This document shows positions 47,292-61,627 of a stretch of 64,000 bases of DNA, in pieces (positions within the stretch are counted from its first letter, which is position 1; the number at the start of each line of letters is the position of its first letter). The translations under genes and the position numbers were made by a program. The stretch is from Carcharhinus amblyrhynchos (taxonomy: Eukaryota). The notes beneath the pieces are model-generated. The model made no database searches and was not told the DNA's origin. It was given only the letters and a program-made list of their open reading frames with translations. The stretch is taken from assembly GCA_965287045.1 (NCBI GenBank), contig OZ336873.1, forward strand, positions 37,324,001 to 37,388,000, in the 5' to 3' direction.

Positions 47292-47506
47292 AGTCCCAGC
47301 TGGCCACAGGCTGCTCTCACCTTTGAGGGGCAGAGCTGACTGCTGGTGATTTAACCTGAGGATTACCACACCGCAGGCAAGGGGCAAGGTCAAGAAGATG
47401 GAACATTCACAAATAACCTCAACTGGTACGGGAATTGAACCTGGGCTGTTGGCTTCGCTCTATATTACAAACCAGCCGTCCAACTAGCTGAGTTAACCAA
47501 CTCCCC
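47292..47506 (-). mobile_element. tRNA-derived SINE (further family)
   Basis: Reverse-complement head ggggagttggttaactcagctagttgg...ggttcaattcccgtaccag with A/B-box-like motifs. Confidence 0.6.
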
Positions 47507-48082
47507 GCTCTGAGATGCCTTGGGACTTTTCATGACAGTACTGGCACTACATAAATTCAGGCTGTTTGTGTGGTAAAGGTGAATCCAAATTTTGTGAATT
47601 TGGTTGGTTTAAATTCATAAAATTGACATTGGATTTGAATATAAATAAACATAGGTAAATTCAAAACCCTTTTTGTACGCTAAACAAGGTATGACTGCTC
47701 ACGCTGTGTGAGACCATTACGGGTAGCCTGACAGCCTTTTGTATCATTGATTCACTCGAGCACATTTTTATCTGCAGATAACTACCCCTGCTGAGATTGT
47801 ACAGTTTAAATGGAACAACAGTGATGCTATTAACATGGGACTTGAATTGAAAAAAAAACTTGTTAAATTAAAAATTGCTAGTTGAAGTTCCCATTTATTC
47901 AGCAGGTAAGGAATTACACATTCAACTTGATAATAATCATCCCTTGAACTGTACTGAAAACAATGGAGTGTCTGTTATACAGCGGTAAATATACATTTGT
48001 AATAATATTTTATTATTCTAAGGATACGCTATGTGAATAAACAACCTTATTCTTCTAATTTTGAAAATTGTGTGCTTTTTAA

Positions 48083-48368
48083 GCCATTTGGCCCATCAAG
48101 TCTGCACTGACCATAATCCCACCCAGACCCTATTCCCATAACCCTGCATATTTACCCTGCTAATCCCCTGACACTAGGATCAATTTAGCATGGCCAGTCA
48201 ATGTAACCTGCACATCTTTGGACTATGGGAGGAAACTGGAACACCCAGAGAAAACCCATGCAGACACAGGGAGAATGTGCAAACTCCACACTCACAGTGA
48301 CCTGAGGCTGAAATTGAGCCAGGAGTCCTGGCAGTGTGAGCAGCAGTATTAACCCCTGTGCCAACCCA
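48083..48368 (-). mobile_element. HE1-like V-SINE
   Basis: Family match. Confidence 0.85.
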
Positions 48369-48729
48369 TTTTTTTTCTAAAGATTCTTAGGATAGAGCCA
48401 TCCAATTGAAACTCTAATTAACACAAAAGAAAGCATGTGGCAGCAATCATTTTGATATCGACGCCAGACGTTTCTACCACTTAAACTTTTCATACCAGCA
48501 TAAATACATAGGCATTGTAGGAATTTACTGAATTGTGCCCTTGTTCGGTCGTTAAACATGTGCAAAGCGAAGAAATTTAGCAGTGGATTAGCCTGCGCCA
48601 GCATTGTCCCAGCATTGGTCCCATCCCGCTGCAGTAAAAGGAGGTTTGTTGGCCTGCCAAATTCCCTAATCTTGCTGCAATAGGAGCGTGGTGTGAACAG
48701 CAGGTCAAATTGCACCCAGTGTGGCAACA

Positions 48730-50730
48730 TTTGAAGAGCTGTCTCACATATTAGCCAAGCAACACCCGGACATAGTCATACTCATGGACTCATACCCTAC
48801 AGACAATGTTCCAGACACCACAATCACCACCCTGTCCCACCAACTGGCTAGATCCACCAGAGTGGCAGTGATATACTGGAGGGAGTTGTCCTGGAGTTCT
48901 TTTTGATTTGGTTTGATTTGATTGGTTTTATTGTTATCACATTACTGGGATACAGTGAAAATTATTGTTTATTGCGACTATACAGACAAAACATCCTATT
49001 AATAGAATACACAGGGGAGATGAAAAGGTGAGGGTGCAGTATATCGTGTTACACATAACTAGTGTGTAGAGAAAGATCAGCTTAAAATGAGGTTGGTCCA
49101 TTCAAAAGTCTGATGGCAGCAGGGAAGAAGCTGATCTTGAGTCGACTGGTACGTGACCTCAGACTTTTGTGTCTTTTTCCCAATGGAAAAAAGTGGAAGA
49201 GATTATATTCTAGGGTGAGTGGGGTCCTTGATTATATTGGCTGCTTTTTCGAGGCAGCGGGCAGTGTAAACAGAGTCAATGAATGGAAGGCTAGTTTGCG
49301 TGATGGACTGGGATATGTTTATAACCCTTTGTAGTTTCTTGCAGTCTTGGTCAGAGTAGGAGCCATACCAAGCTGTGATACATCCAGAAAGAATGGTTTC
49401 TATGGTGCATCTGAGAGTCATAGCGGACATGCCAAAATTCCTTGGCCTCCTGAGAAAGTAGAGGTGTTGGTGGGCTTCCTTAACTATAGTGTCAGCATGG
49501 AGGGACCACGACAGGTTATTGGTGATCTGGGAACCCAAAAATCTAAAGCTTTCAACCATCTCCACTTCATCACCATTGATGTCAACCTTGGCTCCACACT
49601 GCATGTAGAAATCTGAGGGCATCATGGGCAAGGAAGCCTCCTGCTGATTACCACCTACCTACCCCCACCCCCCACACTCACCTCAACTGATGAATCAGTA
49701 TTCCTCCATGTTAACACCAACTGGGAGAAGAACTGAGGGTAGCAAAGGCACAGAATGTACTCTGGGTGGGAGACCACAATGTCCACTGATGACTGATCTG
49801 GCCAAGTTCTAAAGGATATAGCTGCTAGACTGGGTCTGCGGCAGGTGATGAGGGGAACAAATAAAGGGAAAAGCCTGCTTGACCTTGTCCTCACCAATCC
49901 AGGTGCCTCTGTTCATAGCAGTATAGGAAGGATTGACCACAGTGTAGTCCTTGTGGAGACAATGTCCCGTCATCATTCATGTTGTGTGGCACAACCACTG
50001 TGCCAACTGGGATAGATTTCAGACACATCTAGCAACCCAATACTGGGATCAGCAAGGTGATGTGGGCCATCAGCAGCAGAATTGCAGTAAACCACAATCT
50101 ATAACCTCATGGATAGATGTGTCCATAATTCTATCATTAACATCAAGCCAGAGGATCAACTCTGGTTCAATATAGAGTGCAGGAGAGCATGCAAGGAGCA
50201 GTGCCAGGCATATCTAGCACTGTGCCATATCTACATGACACAAGTTAGAAGCTTGGAAGAGTGCAGCTCGAACAGCATTCAAGAAACTCAACACTATCCA
50301 GGACAAAGCAGCCCGCCTGATTTGCACCCCATCCACCACCTAAGCGTTCATTCTCTCCACAACAAATTGATAGCTGTGTGCCATCTACAAGATACACTAC
50401 ATCAACTCAACAAGACTCAAACAGCAGCACCTTTCAAACTGGCGATCTTGACCATCTGGAAGGACAAGGGCAGCAGATGCATGGGAACACCACCGCTTGC
50501 ATATGCCACTCCAAGCCACACACAATCCTGAGTTGGAACGAGATTGCCATTTCTCCACCGTTGCTGAGTCAAGATCCTGGAACTCCTTTCTTAACAGCAA
50601 TGTCGGTGTCTTTACAAGACACAAACTGCACTGTTCAAGAAAGCAGCTCACGAGCATCTTCTGAAGGACAATTAGAGATGGGAAATAATTGGCCTAGCCA
50701 ATGACGCCCACATTTCTTGAAAGAATAAAT
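48730..50730 (+). mobile_element. Zenon-like CR1-group LINE remnant (APE endonuclease to 3' end, internally deleted), interrupted by Rex1
   Basis: ELSHILAKQHPDIVILMDSYPTDNVPDTTIT, then GQGSLLLITTY, KSLLDLVLTN, KPEDQLWFNIECRRACKEQ and the shared 3' tail. Confidence 0.75.
48903..49581 (-). mobile_element. Rex1/Babar LINE 3' fragment
   Basis: ORF 49203-49631 (INGDEVEMVESFRFLGSQITNNLSWS...HQHLYFLRR). Confidence 0.9.
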
Positions 50731-52279
50731 TTAAAAAAAGACTTAAATAGATTTTGATCTTTGGAAGGGTGAATGATACAATCACTGTGTCTGTCAGGTG
50801 GGCTAGATTTGCACATGAATGTCAAACTTAATGCAGAATGACCCACTGTTAAGAATGGTGTTTGACATTAGTTACTACAACCATTGTATGGAAAATGTTA
50901 TGTCGTGCTCAGTGTATTGTAAATTTTCAGTCGATGGTTTTTAGACTGGACACAAACAAGCTATTAAAGTAGTTGTTGCAAATTATGTGATCTTTTGCAT
51001 TTGAGCTCCAGTCAGTTCCAACTCTCAAATGAATATGTAATTAAATATGGATATTCACAGCCACCTGTTGAATTCACACATCTCTTTGTTTAAGGATGAG
51101 AAAAACAAAAAGATTGCAGAATTTCCAGATTGCCAGACTCTCTGTTTCGTACTGAACAAATGAGAAAATTGAAAGTCCATTGTTGGCGGATGGAAATGAA
51201 TTGCTGTTGTCACCCTGCCATTGTATCATGTTGGCTTTCCCCATTAGTCTGAACTGAATGATCTTTAGAGGTCTGAACCCACAACATAGGATGGCAAATC
51301 AACATAAGCACCACCCCTTATTTTGAAAAGAACTTAAACTTGTAAAGAGTGACTTGGGACAGCCATGTTTCTAAAAATTGGCTAAGAACTGCTTTCAGGT
51401 GGTCATCAGTTGGTCAGAGAGCTGGACCATGAACTAACTGCAAGTCATCAAGCAGCCATGCTAATTAACAGCAATACCTTGAAGGAGGCAAATTCCACCA
51501 GAGAGAAGACCTCTCCACTTTGACCTATTTTAGTTCAAAGATCACATGAGAACCAACTTCTGAGCTATTTCTTGACAAGAAAACTCACAAGTTGCTGTGA
51601 ACCATTCACTTTACAAGATCCTTCAACTTTAAGGCATCAAATCCATTCAATAAAGTATAGGCTTATCACGTAATAGACCTGTGATTATGAACCTGAGACA
51701 CAGATACTTGTAATCTGTGAAAGTGCATGACCTTTATCTGTATCTCATCTGTATGGGTTTATGACTGCATGTATTTGAGAACAAAAGTATCTGATGTCAA
51801 ACTTAATTCAGGATAAGTGTGTTAGAATAAATAACCTTTATTTTTAAACTCAAAAAGAGCTGACTGCTGATCTTTTTAAAAATTGGAATACACACCACAA
51901 AGGTAAGAAAGCATACATGCCTTTCCATTCAAAGCATTCTGATGGACAGGAAATAAGAGAACACATACATTTTACCATGGCAATGGGCAGAGATGAAGGA
52001 AATGGAAAGGAAAAGTGCATATTTATTTGACAAGTTTTACAGGCATAGAATGAGTTCATTGGGATTTTCAGGAGAAATGTATTTGGATGTCTCGTCCAAA
52101 GATATTAATAACACTGGCTTTGATTTCTGAGCAATTTTTCTGGCACATTTATATTTTGCAAGTAGCATTATAGTTTTTCCACACAGATTTTCACAGCCAG
52201 TGATCTGTTTACCACTCCTGTCCTGATGGATTCCTCTTACTGGTACAGACTGAGATACCTTCCAAAATAGCTTATTTGA

Positions 52280-52539
52280 AGTTAATATGTATTAATCACA
52301 AATAAGATTTACATTAGCACTGCAATGGAGTTACTGTGAAGTTCCCCTAGTCACCATATCTGGTGCCTGTTCGGGTCAACGCACCTAACCAGCACATCTT
52401 TCAGAATGTGGGAGGAAACCTACACAGACACAGGGAGAACATACAAACTCTACACAGAGAATGACCTAAGCCAGGAATTGAACTCAGGTCCCTGGTGCTG
52501 CTGAAGCAGCAGTGCTAACCACTGTGGTACCATGCCACC
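52280..52539 (-). mobile_element. V-SINE, tail type B
   Basis: Family match. Confidence 0.85.
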
Positions 52540-53376
52540 AAGATAGTCCAGGGATCAAACCCAAGACTTTATAGTTCCATGTGATTTAGCTCTAACTGTG
52601 TTAATCCACTGTACCTTCAAGAAAACCTTTTCTAATATTTGAAGTGATTGTGGAGTGTAGGACTGAATGTTTTAAGTTACCAATCATGATAAATTAAAGA
52701 TGTAATACACATGAATATATATCTTAGCAACCTTGTTACCACCAGAGGATAGTCTGAAATTATGTTTAATGATATATCTGCTTTAACGTGTGTGGAATGT
52801 TCCCTCAACACATGTTGACATTAAAAGAAACAATGAACCTGATCAGCTGGTATATCCTAGCTTCAAGCAACACTGTGTGAAACACATGAACTTGTTAGTG
52901 TTGTCTCAGTGACCTTGCATTAAGTGGTTGCTGCATTTGCCCAGTGAAAATTTCTGCATTTCACAGTAATTCATTGCTTCAATAGTGCTTTGGTGAAACC
53001 ATCACTATAGATAGCAAATACTCTGTAAAATTCTGGCGTGGGCCTGGGCCTCCCTGGTGAAACATTGGTTGCAAAGATTGATTTTGATTTGCCTGGAGTG
53101 CTATCCTTTTATTTTGTAGGTGCTGTGTATTTTCAATATGTTCTAACTTTGTTGCAGAATTCCAGCACCATCATTAATTTCTTTTCATATAAAAGTAGTT
53201 CTTCCTGTAGTTTTGTTTTAGTCAACATAGACCTTGATTCTGGGGTTAGGTCAGATGTAGACAGAATACTTCTGATGTAATTGTACCTGATCCATCCTCA
53301 CACCCGTTCACTCCTCCTCCTCCTGTAATCTAAAAGATTCCTGTCTTCAGATTTCTTTGTGCCGAAACTGAAACAT

Positions 53377-53537
53377 TGGGGGGAATTTTCCCATCGCGCT
53401 CAATATCAGGGAGAATTTTTCCATCCCGCCCCCCCCACGGGGAATTGTAGCTGGCGGGGGACAGATCACAAAAAGGTTTGTTGACCTCAGGTGGAATTTT
53501 CCAATTTTGGGGCGAGTTCAGCCAGAAAATCTCACCC
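53377..53537. mobile_element. MITE (GGGC-TIR family) with a duplicated left end
   Basis: gggggaattttcccatc and gggagaatttttccatc ... agaaaatctcaccc. Confidence 0.65.
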
Positions 53538-56500
53538 TATAGACTTTAAAGACAAGTGGCACGAAGAGAAGGGGATGTGTCCTCGCTCAGTCCAACTCCA
53601 AAACTCTTACTGGTAATGTGCTGGGAAAATCAGGAGCAAAGCAAGAAAAATAGTTCAAAAAGCGAAAGCAGGACATAATACTACAGAAAGAACATAGCAA
53701 AAACAATCCAAAAGACATTAATATACAAACCTCGTCTAACAACTCAATCCATCTTTAGGAAACCAACTTTCAAGGCCAGAACGTGCCTTTGCACCAATCT
53801 ACATCATTGATTGATCATTCAGTCATCCGTGCTAATATCTCCAGCTTTGGCTCAAAGTCAGATTTTGTCTCGTTTCACCCACTGCGAAGTTGCTTGGGAC
53901 ATTCTCCTTCCATTAAAGGTGCTACATAAATACAAATCATTGTTGTTCATTTTATGCAGGCATACAAAGCTGTCAACGCATGCCTGGTAAACAGCATGGG
54001 TAATTGTGGTGGACAGTTATTACCATAAATCGGCATTAAAGTTGAGACTTTAAAGAAGCCTTTTGCACTTTGCCCTGTTAGTTTTTCTCGCCAGAAACCA
54101 TGCACCTCACAAATCAGCCAAGAGACAGGCCTCGAGTCTTCTTGCCCAATTCTTCAAGCGCATTCGATCAGTCAATGGTGCCTGGCCTATTGACGCACCT
54201 GAACGAGTAACGCATTTTATAATGTAATAACTTTATACCTTGATGAGGTGTTGTTAAGTTTGCTTCAGAGATGAAAAAGTACAGGACTGCGTTTTACAAG
54301 CTGCACTATTAAATGTGAATTCCCAATAATTTTCCATTATGCACAAAGATAACTATTATGACTTTTATTAACAAAACGTGGGAAGGCTGAGAAGATATTG
54401 CTGCTGCCAGTACCTTACAAGTGACTTACTTTAACAATGTAATCATTTAATATAAAAAGAATAAATATTAATTGCTTCTTTTTAAAGAATTCCTCCATGG
54501 TGCAGTATACTCACAAGGTAACTAATTATATTGTAGCTCTTTTAGTAGCACCTGGGACCTCCACATGATTGATTGGAGCCAGACTGTCTGGAGTTGTTGA
54601 GATCTGTGTTTAGTTTCACTTCATCTGGCCTGCGATATGTTCTGTAATATGCTAGATTGGTTTATTTTTCACAGACGCTTATGAATGCTAGTGAGTGGAG
54701 AAATGGAATTCAAGTTTTACTAGCACTTGAAATGTGACAAGTCGAACACGATTTTTTAATATTAAATTTTTTTGATCAGTCTGCTGAACAGATTTACCGT
54801 GACAGGAGTGCCTTGGGCAGACTGAAGTAAAAATTTGCATGCTGTCCAAGAGATTTTAATGGCAAACTGTTCTCGCTGATTATTTGGATGAATTTGGACT
54901 TTGGATTTAATCCCTCCCTTCCATCAGTTTACTTTCCCGATGATCTGCAGCAGAACTCCAGAGGCGCACCAACATTGTGGTCCCTGCAGTTGATCTTTCA
55001 GTAAATGTCTTGTTTATTACAGTGTTGAGCCGTATATACCAGGGAGGTCCTAGGTTTGACCTCTAATTTGTTCTGATCTCAGTACGTGGTACAAATGATC
55101 TTAGTGTCCCTAGGCCTAGGGAGGGGAGAAACCAGCTGAGGTTCTTGCTTTTATAGCTCCAATTGGAAAGTGCACATGTTGGGTGAGGACAGAATTGATG
55201 ATCTTATGCCGAAAAAGTCCACACATCCACAGTGGCATTGTGAGGGATAGAAATTTGGGAGGGCTTCAAATTATGGTGGACAGGCCTGAATGGTACAAGG
55301 GCAGCTCCACTTGATGTTTCAGCTCTTCCCTCTGCTTGTTTGTCCTCAGAAGTGACAGAATTGAACCTGTGGGGTTGGTGGCTGCAGGGAAACTGCTGAA
55401 GAGCCAGTGGTGGATTTACAATAGCACTCTGGAGGCAGAGACCTGGATACTTGCCACTCATGTATTATAGTGAATCAGGAGCAGGGTCAAGACTCGAACC
55501 TCCCTGCCAGCAATGGGGAACTTAATTGTGGAGCTGGAAATATTGCTAGGATAGAGGGACGGCAAGAATTTGTCTCAGTCTCAGACAGCAGGAATCTGAT
55601 TTGAGCTCAGAAATGGGTAGGTCTAGGTATTGACAGGTGAGCCCTCACCCATGCCCATCCACAGCTATGTCTCTATCAACGACTGGCCAGAGTTACACTT
55701 GAAGATGTTTCCCACATTGACCTTTCCGAGCATAATTCATCACCGTTGAACAATGGCAGAAAATTCAAAGCCTATTGTAATGGCTCACAAAATTTTAAGG
55801 AAATTGGATTTAGTGGAGACGAATGTGGAAACAGATGCCACTCACAAATTACGAGGCAGCAGGAAAAAAAAATTGACTTTGCAAAGGACTTTAGGGCAAA
55901 TTCAGTGATGGTGTTAATAAAAACACTGCAAGATGTCCAAATCTCATGCTAGATGTTGCTTAAAATTAAATGCAACCACTTAAAGGTGAGTAGCTACATA
56001 ATGGCAAAGTACATCGGATAAGTTTGCAGCCTTTGCAAGGGTTGTATACAGAGGAAGAACTAACTGCCGAGAGCCAATAAGACAGAAAAGCTAATTACAG
56101 GCATGAAGCAGACTCTGTGGGCAGGTGATACTGCACCATGTTTGGGTGTAAGTAGGGTTGCCCTGCTTGGCAAGCACCATTCCTGGTAATAGGTTGGTGC
56201 CAGGCTCAATGCCGTCTGTCGTACCCGCAGGATAAGGAAACAGACATGAAATAAGATGGCATACATTAAGGAACCTGGCAGGAGAAACCTATCCAACAAT
56301 ACTACGAACCAAGTAGACGGTCCAAGATTCCCTGTCAAAAATTACGGGCTGAAATTTCAAATTTGGAGAGGAAGACAGAAGCCGGGACTGTTTCCAGGCA
56401 CCAAATCCGTCCCTTGAGGGGGTGGGGGGAGAATAATAATTTGTTGGAATTTTAAGTGGGACAGGGACTCCTCCATAATTGGAATGGAGGGAGGTTCTCT

Positions 56501-57150
56501 GTCCAATTAAGTGGGGATTGGGGGGGTGCCAGGGGTGCAGTCAAATCTGGAGGGCCCATCAGAGACCTTTTAGCCAGACAACAGCAGAAGGCTGCAGTGA
56601 AAGGTAAATAGTTGCGAGGAAGCTTCAACAACAAGGTGCCCTCTCAGTCACTCTTTTTAAAGTTTGATTCAAACATGGGAAAGGTAGCCAGGAGCCAGGC
56701 CACCACTGTGGGGAGCTGGGAAATTTCTCTAGAATGCCATCTTCGGTCGCACCCCCATCCAGGCAAGCAGGGAAGGCCTGTTAATTTGCTCCCATCCCCT
56801 TCCCTACCGTGCTACTTTAAAATATTGGAGGACTGTTGGAAAATCCAAGTCAGTCTCCTTAAATTAGTATTAGCAAGTCTCTTACTGAATCTAATTGGCT
56901 ACAACTCTGCCAGCTTCGAGTTTGCCTTGACCAAAATGGCTGACGACAATAATAGAGTCGTAAGAGTATTTTGCCAAGCGATTCCAGTCATTTCTGATCC
57001 TGTCTGCATCTCTTCCTGATCTTACGAGATCTGAAGATCCTGCCCTTTCCCTCAACCAAGTCCACATTTTTTGGTCATCCATGCCAAAACCTCACCTTCC
57101 AAGTCTCACATGTAGCCTCTTACCTCAGCAAGGCACACAGTCGAGATACA

Positions 57151-57287
57151 AGGGGCAGGATTTTCTGGCCGCACTGATTTCAAGCTGGAAATTCCTGTAC
57201 GAGGTCAATGGACCTTTGCATTGTCCGCCAAATTTTCTGTCTTGCCCACTACAATTCCTGTGGTGGGGGGAAATGGGAAATTCCCAC
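57151..57287. mobile_element. MITE (GGGC-TIR family)
   Basis: ggggcaggattttctgg ... gggaaattccc; core gaggtcaatggacctttgca. Confidence 0.65.
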
Positions 57288-57296
57288 ACAAAGTAT

Positions 57297-57506
57297 TATT
57301 ATGTATGCCTTCGTTGACTAAGGGACACAAAGAATCAAGAGGTAGGCTTGAATACCTCAGTGCTGGGAACTGTTGTTGAAGGTTTGCGCTCATTTATAGT
57401 CCAGTCTAAGACTCCCAAACAGGGTCCCACACTGGGCAGAGCCCAGGAGTCAACTGACCCATACTCTTAAAGGGGCAGTCCGCAACCCAAATCCCAACAT
57501 ACAACA
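57297..57506. mobile_element. Possible short solo LTR
   Basis: tattatgtatg...catacaaca inverted ends resembling TG..CA; no clear TSD. Confidence 0.3.
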
Positions 57507-58534
57507 CACGTGTCACTGAAAACCTTGCCACATTCATATTTTCTATAGGCACAATGGGCAATTGAAACTCTGGCCATTTATTGGCATGCAGGAATGGCTT
57601 CAAGTTGGGCACATGCCAACAGTGACTAAGTCATAAACTTTGGGAAAAGTAGTAATGTGGTGATATTGGGAAGCAATGTCAGGCTATCAGTGAGTTAGAA
57701 AATGAACAATTAGTTGTACAAAGCACCAGTTAATTCCGTAATTAAGTGCTAGTGGAGAATGAGCCATAGATGTAAGAACGGTGATTTTTCCAACTGTCAG
57801 CAGATCTACCTCCAGGTTTACATTGACCATTGCCACTTTCACTGGAGTTGCCAATGCTCTGGTCTGCTGACCCAGAGCTTGTGGCACAATTGTTCCAGCT
57901 CATGGGCAATTGGTTTGAGATTATGTTCTGAGATCTGCTGGTCTTCCCAGCATAGCTCACTTCAGATCGTATCACCTCAACCATGTATTTTCTTCTTTAA
58001 GAGAAAAGAATGCACAGAAAGCATCATGAAGAGAAGACAAAGTTTTATAAAGCATAGGCACATCCAAATAGAGTTGATCCCCAAATTCAGTTTTTTCAAA
58101 CGTACATAGTTAGCTCAGCTTAGATCAAGATGGAATTAGAAACAGGTTTGGGGTGAAGTTGGTCTGTGCCAATAATGGGTAATAGAGAAATGCCAATTTG
58201 TTTTACAGAATATATGTTTCTCTTTTCACCAATTCACTCCAGCTCATTTATATACTGGCTGGGACTGGCCGAGTGCATCTCTTGTGTAACACTGGGGGAG
58301 GGCAGTAGAAAATTTAAACTGCAGTCCTTGAAAGTTTCAGCGCCAGGTTAGGAGAGCAGCAAGTATGCCATGAACTGACTAAAGACTGAGCAAACGGTCA
58401 GGTAGCTGAAAGTGGTAGCTCTTGTAAGATTCCTTAACACTTCTAAGGTAGATTCCTGGAATAGAAGTTGCTGACTAGCTGTGGGTGTGGTTGTGATGAC
58501 ACCATTTCAGCCACTTGCACCCTACACTCTACGT

Positions 58535-58840
58535 GGGTGGCATGGTAGCACATGGCAGCACGGTAACAGTGGTTAGCACTGTTGCCTTACAGTGCCAGGG
58601 ACCCAGGTTCAATTCCCAGCTTGGGTCCCTGTCAGTGTGGAGTTTTGCACATTTTCCCTGTGTCTGTGTGGGTTTTATCCAGGTGCTCTGGTTTCCTCCC
58701 ACATTCTGAAAGACATGCTTGTTAGGTGCATGGACCCAAATAGGCACTGGACTGTGGTGACTAGGGGAATTTCACAGTAACTTCATTGCAGTGTTAATGT
58801 AAGCCTTACTTGTGACTAATAAATTAACTTTGACTTTAAT
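58535..58840 (+). mobile_element. V-SINE, tail type B
   Basis: Family match. Confidence 0.88.
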
Positions 58841-58953
58841 GCACAATAGAGATAAATGTGGACCCTGACAATTACTATGTCCTGAGTGTGAAAGTTTCTT
58901 GCTTATCACTGTCTCCTTAACCACAAGAGGTCACGTACATACGTTATTAGCTT

Positions 58954-59400
58954 ATGCCCTCATTTTTCATAGATCCAGATGATGATGACAAGGAGAAAGA
59001 CGTTGATATGGAGAAGAAGGAAGAACATTACTTTCTGGTGGATTATCATGAGATGATAATGAAGAGGAGGAGAATGATTTGGACGTTAAGACCGTACAAT
59101 AGCAATTGCAGCAAGATATGGACCTATGTTCCGATGCTTTCTCACTCTCATGTACCAGTTAGATATTTTCACACAGAGAGAAGTTGATAATGAGGATAAT
59201 TCACAGGTCACAACCATTGACGCAAGGTGTCAGTGCCATCATCCCGGAGAAGACCGGCCTGCCCAAGGGCTCAAAATTGAGAGATCCAGATGTTTTCTGT
59301 GTAAGAGGAAAGATGTTCACAGAATATCAAAAATTTGTGATCATTCTGAGGTCAGTTGCGGAGGATGTGCTGCAACTGACAGATGTGACAATAGCCTACA
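58954..59400 (+). pseudogene. Decayed coding remnant: acidic tract plus Cys-rich motif (piggyBac-like)
   Basis: DPDDDDKEKDVDMEKKEE ... DDNEEEENDLD (frameshifted), then RSRCFLCKRKDVHRISKICDHSEVSCGGCA. Confidence 0.35.
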
Positions 59401-60429
59401 GATGCCATTTCTGATAGCATCAAAGGACAGCACCAGCAGATTTGGTACCTCCACTGAACCCGTGTGATAACTTCTTATCTTAGAATTGGCCCAGGTAGGA
59501 CAATTGATGTTTCCTTTATATATATGGAGGCATAGTCTGCAGCGCTGGTGGCAGTAGAGGATGGATTATAGAGAACCGTGTTAAGATACAGATCGTTACA
59601 TGGTTTTTAGAGTCTGAGAAAATCCGTTAGGCTTATCCATTTTGCTGATTAACGAGGAGCACAAGCCTAGAGTCCAGTAGAATGGCAATGGCAGGAGTGG
59701 ATCTGCATAAAGCTGCTTTTTCTCAGTTTAGCGGCATTTCTCCTTAGAACAGCACACAATTGACAATTCAGGGAAAACACCAGCTACCTGTAGGTAGAGG
59801 AGGCCAAGAGATGTAGTGGTTCCTTTCTGGGCCCAAGCTGCCATAAAGAGGAAGGAAGCCTCAAGTCAATAAGTATTTTTCCTCTGGCTTGTAATTTGCA
59901 CCTTGGAAAAGCGGTAGAGTTGGAGAAATAAAGGCTCATTTGGACAGTCGAGTAAGTACGATGTGAAGAAGCAGTAGGATGGCTAATGATTGCTCTGACA
60001 TTGTTTGGAAGAAAAGAGAATGTGTATTGATCTCATTCTCATGTATTCATTCAAGAGGCATTCTTTGTGCCCAGTCGTTCGTGGTTTTGAAAGAATTGGA
60101 TGATGATGTGGGAGAAGTGATCTCAAGTGCATGAATGTTCTAGGATGTGTACTACATTGACAAACTTGTCATTCCTCTCAAGGTGTAGATAATGGAATAT
60201 GGCAGTAAAGACCTTTGAAAAGATGATAACACTCCATTGATAAATTAGTGTCTCTTGCAAATATATTTGTTGAGTCTTCCAAGTGCTATTCCTCCTGATG
60301 ATTCACTTCAGTTTTCCTTGTCTCCAAGGAAGTTGGGTCACTTCATCAAATTGCCATGTTTGGAACTTTTTGGACTGTAGTATTCCGCAGAGCACAACAA
60401 GTTACAACTGTACAGGATACACATTTTGG

Positions 60430-60885
60430 AAAAGATTCAACACTCAAGATGTTCGATGCTATCCAGGACAAAGCAACTCACTTGGTTGCTAACCTTTCCA
60501 CAAACATTCACCAGCCCCATCACTGACAAACAGTGGCAGCAGTGGGCACCATCTACAAGATACTGCAGTAATTCACCAAGGCTTCTTCAGCAGCACCTTG
60601 CACATGCACAACTGCCACCATTTAAGAGGAGAAGACCAGCAGATACTTACGAATACCACACTTGGAGATTCCCCTCCAAGTCATTTACTATCCTAACTTG
60701 AAAACATATCACTGTTCCTTCACTATCACTGAGTCAAAATCCTGGAGCTTCCTCCTTAACAGCACTGTGTGTGTACCTACACCTCAGGAACTGCAGCAGT
60801 TCAAGAAGGCAGCTCACCACCACTTCTCAATGGCAACTAAGGATGGACAATAAATGCTAGCCTAGGCCACATTCCATAAATGAAT
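60430..60885 (+). mobile_element. Zenon-like LINE 3' end
   Basis: ctcaagatgttcgatgctatccaggacaaagca...aaatcctggagcttcctcc...ggatggacaataaatgc. Confidence 0.7.
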
Positions 60886-61401
60886 TTAAAAATATTGTGG
60901 ATTTTCTCCTGGTCTATCAAAGCAGCAAGAATTTTTTTTCGGGATATTCTCATTCTTGCTATGATAACTCATATAGCTAATTGTAGAATTTACAAGCTTC
61001 TATTCTTGCTATTTACAGAGAGATTATTATTCAAGATGGCAAAATATATACTTTGTCACATACCTACAAACATTCCATTTAATTCACCAACTTTGAATAG
61101 GTCTAGGAGGACAAAAGGTAGCAAATTTGAGAAAATATGGCATTTACCTGCGTCTGGTCATAAACAATCTGCATTTCCAGCTAATTGCATCTCTATCTAT
61201 GAATGAAGTTGAGATGGTTGACATGAAGGTTAAGCCGTGATGATTGGGTCTCATCTATTCTAGCATCCAATTGCATCTGCACTGATACACAGTTTCTTTG
61301 AAGACACAGGTGTCAAGCCAGACCAGATGAATTTTCAAGAACTTTAAATTGAGTCAATACCTGAAGAACATTTGCCCAAACATCATCCTGGGTGACATTA
61401 C

Positions 61402-61540
61402 TTTTAAAGTTTATTTATTAGTCACAAATAAGGCTTACATTACCACTGCAATAAAGTTATTGTGAAATTCCCCTAGTTGCCACATTCCAACGCCTGTTCG
61501 GATCAATGCACCTAACTAGCATGTCTTTCAGACTGTTGGG
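61402..61540 (-). mobile_element. V-SINE type-B tail fragment
   Basis: Family match. Confidence 0.8.
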
Positions 61541-61627
61541 AATGAGCCAGAGTCATAAAAATTGGGTGGAAGCTACAGGCACATGCATAGGTCTCTGGCC
61601 AGATAGCCTTGGCTGCAGTAACAAGAT

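Noticed and set aside
51100-51990. Possible solo LTR
   Set aside because: The composition and AATAAA are LTR-like, but I could not define TG..CA ends or a TSD
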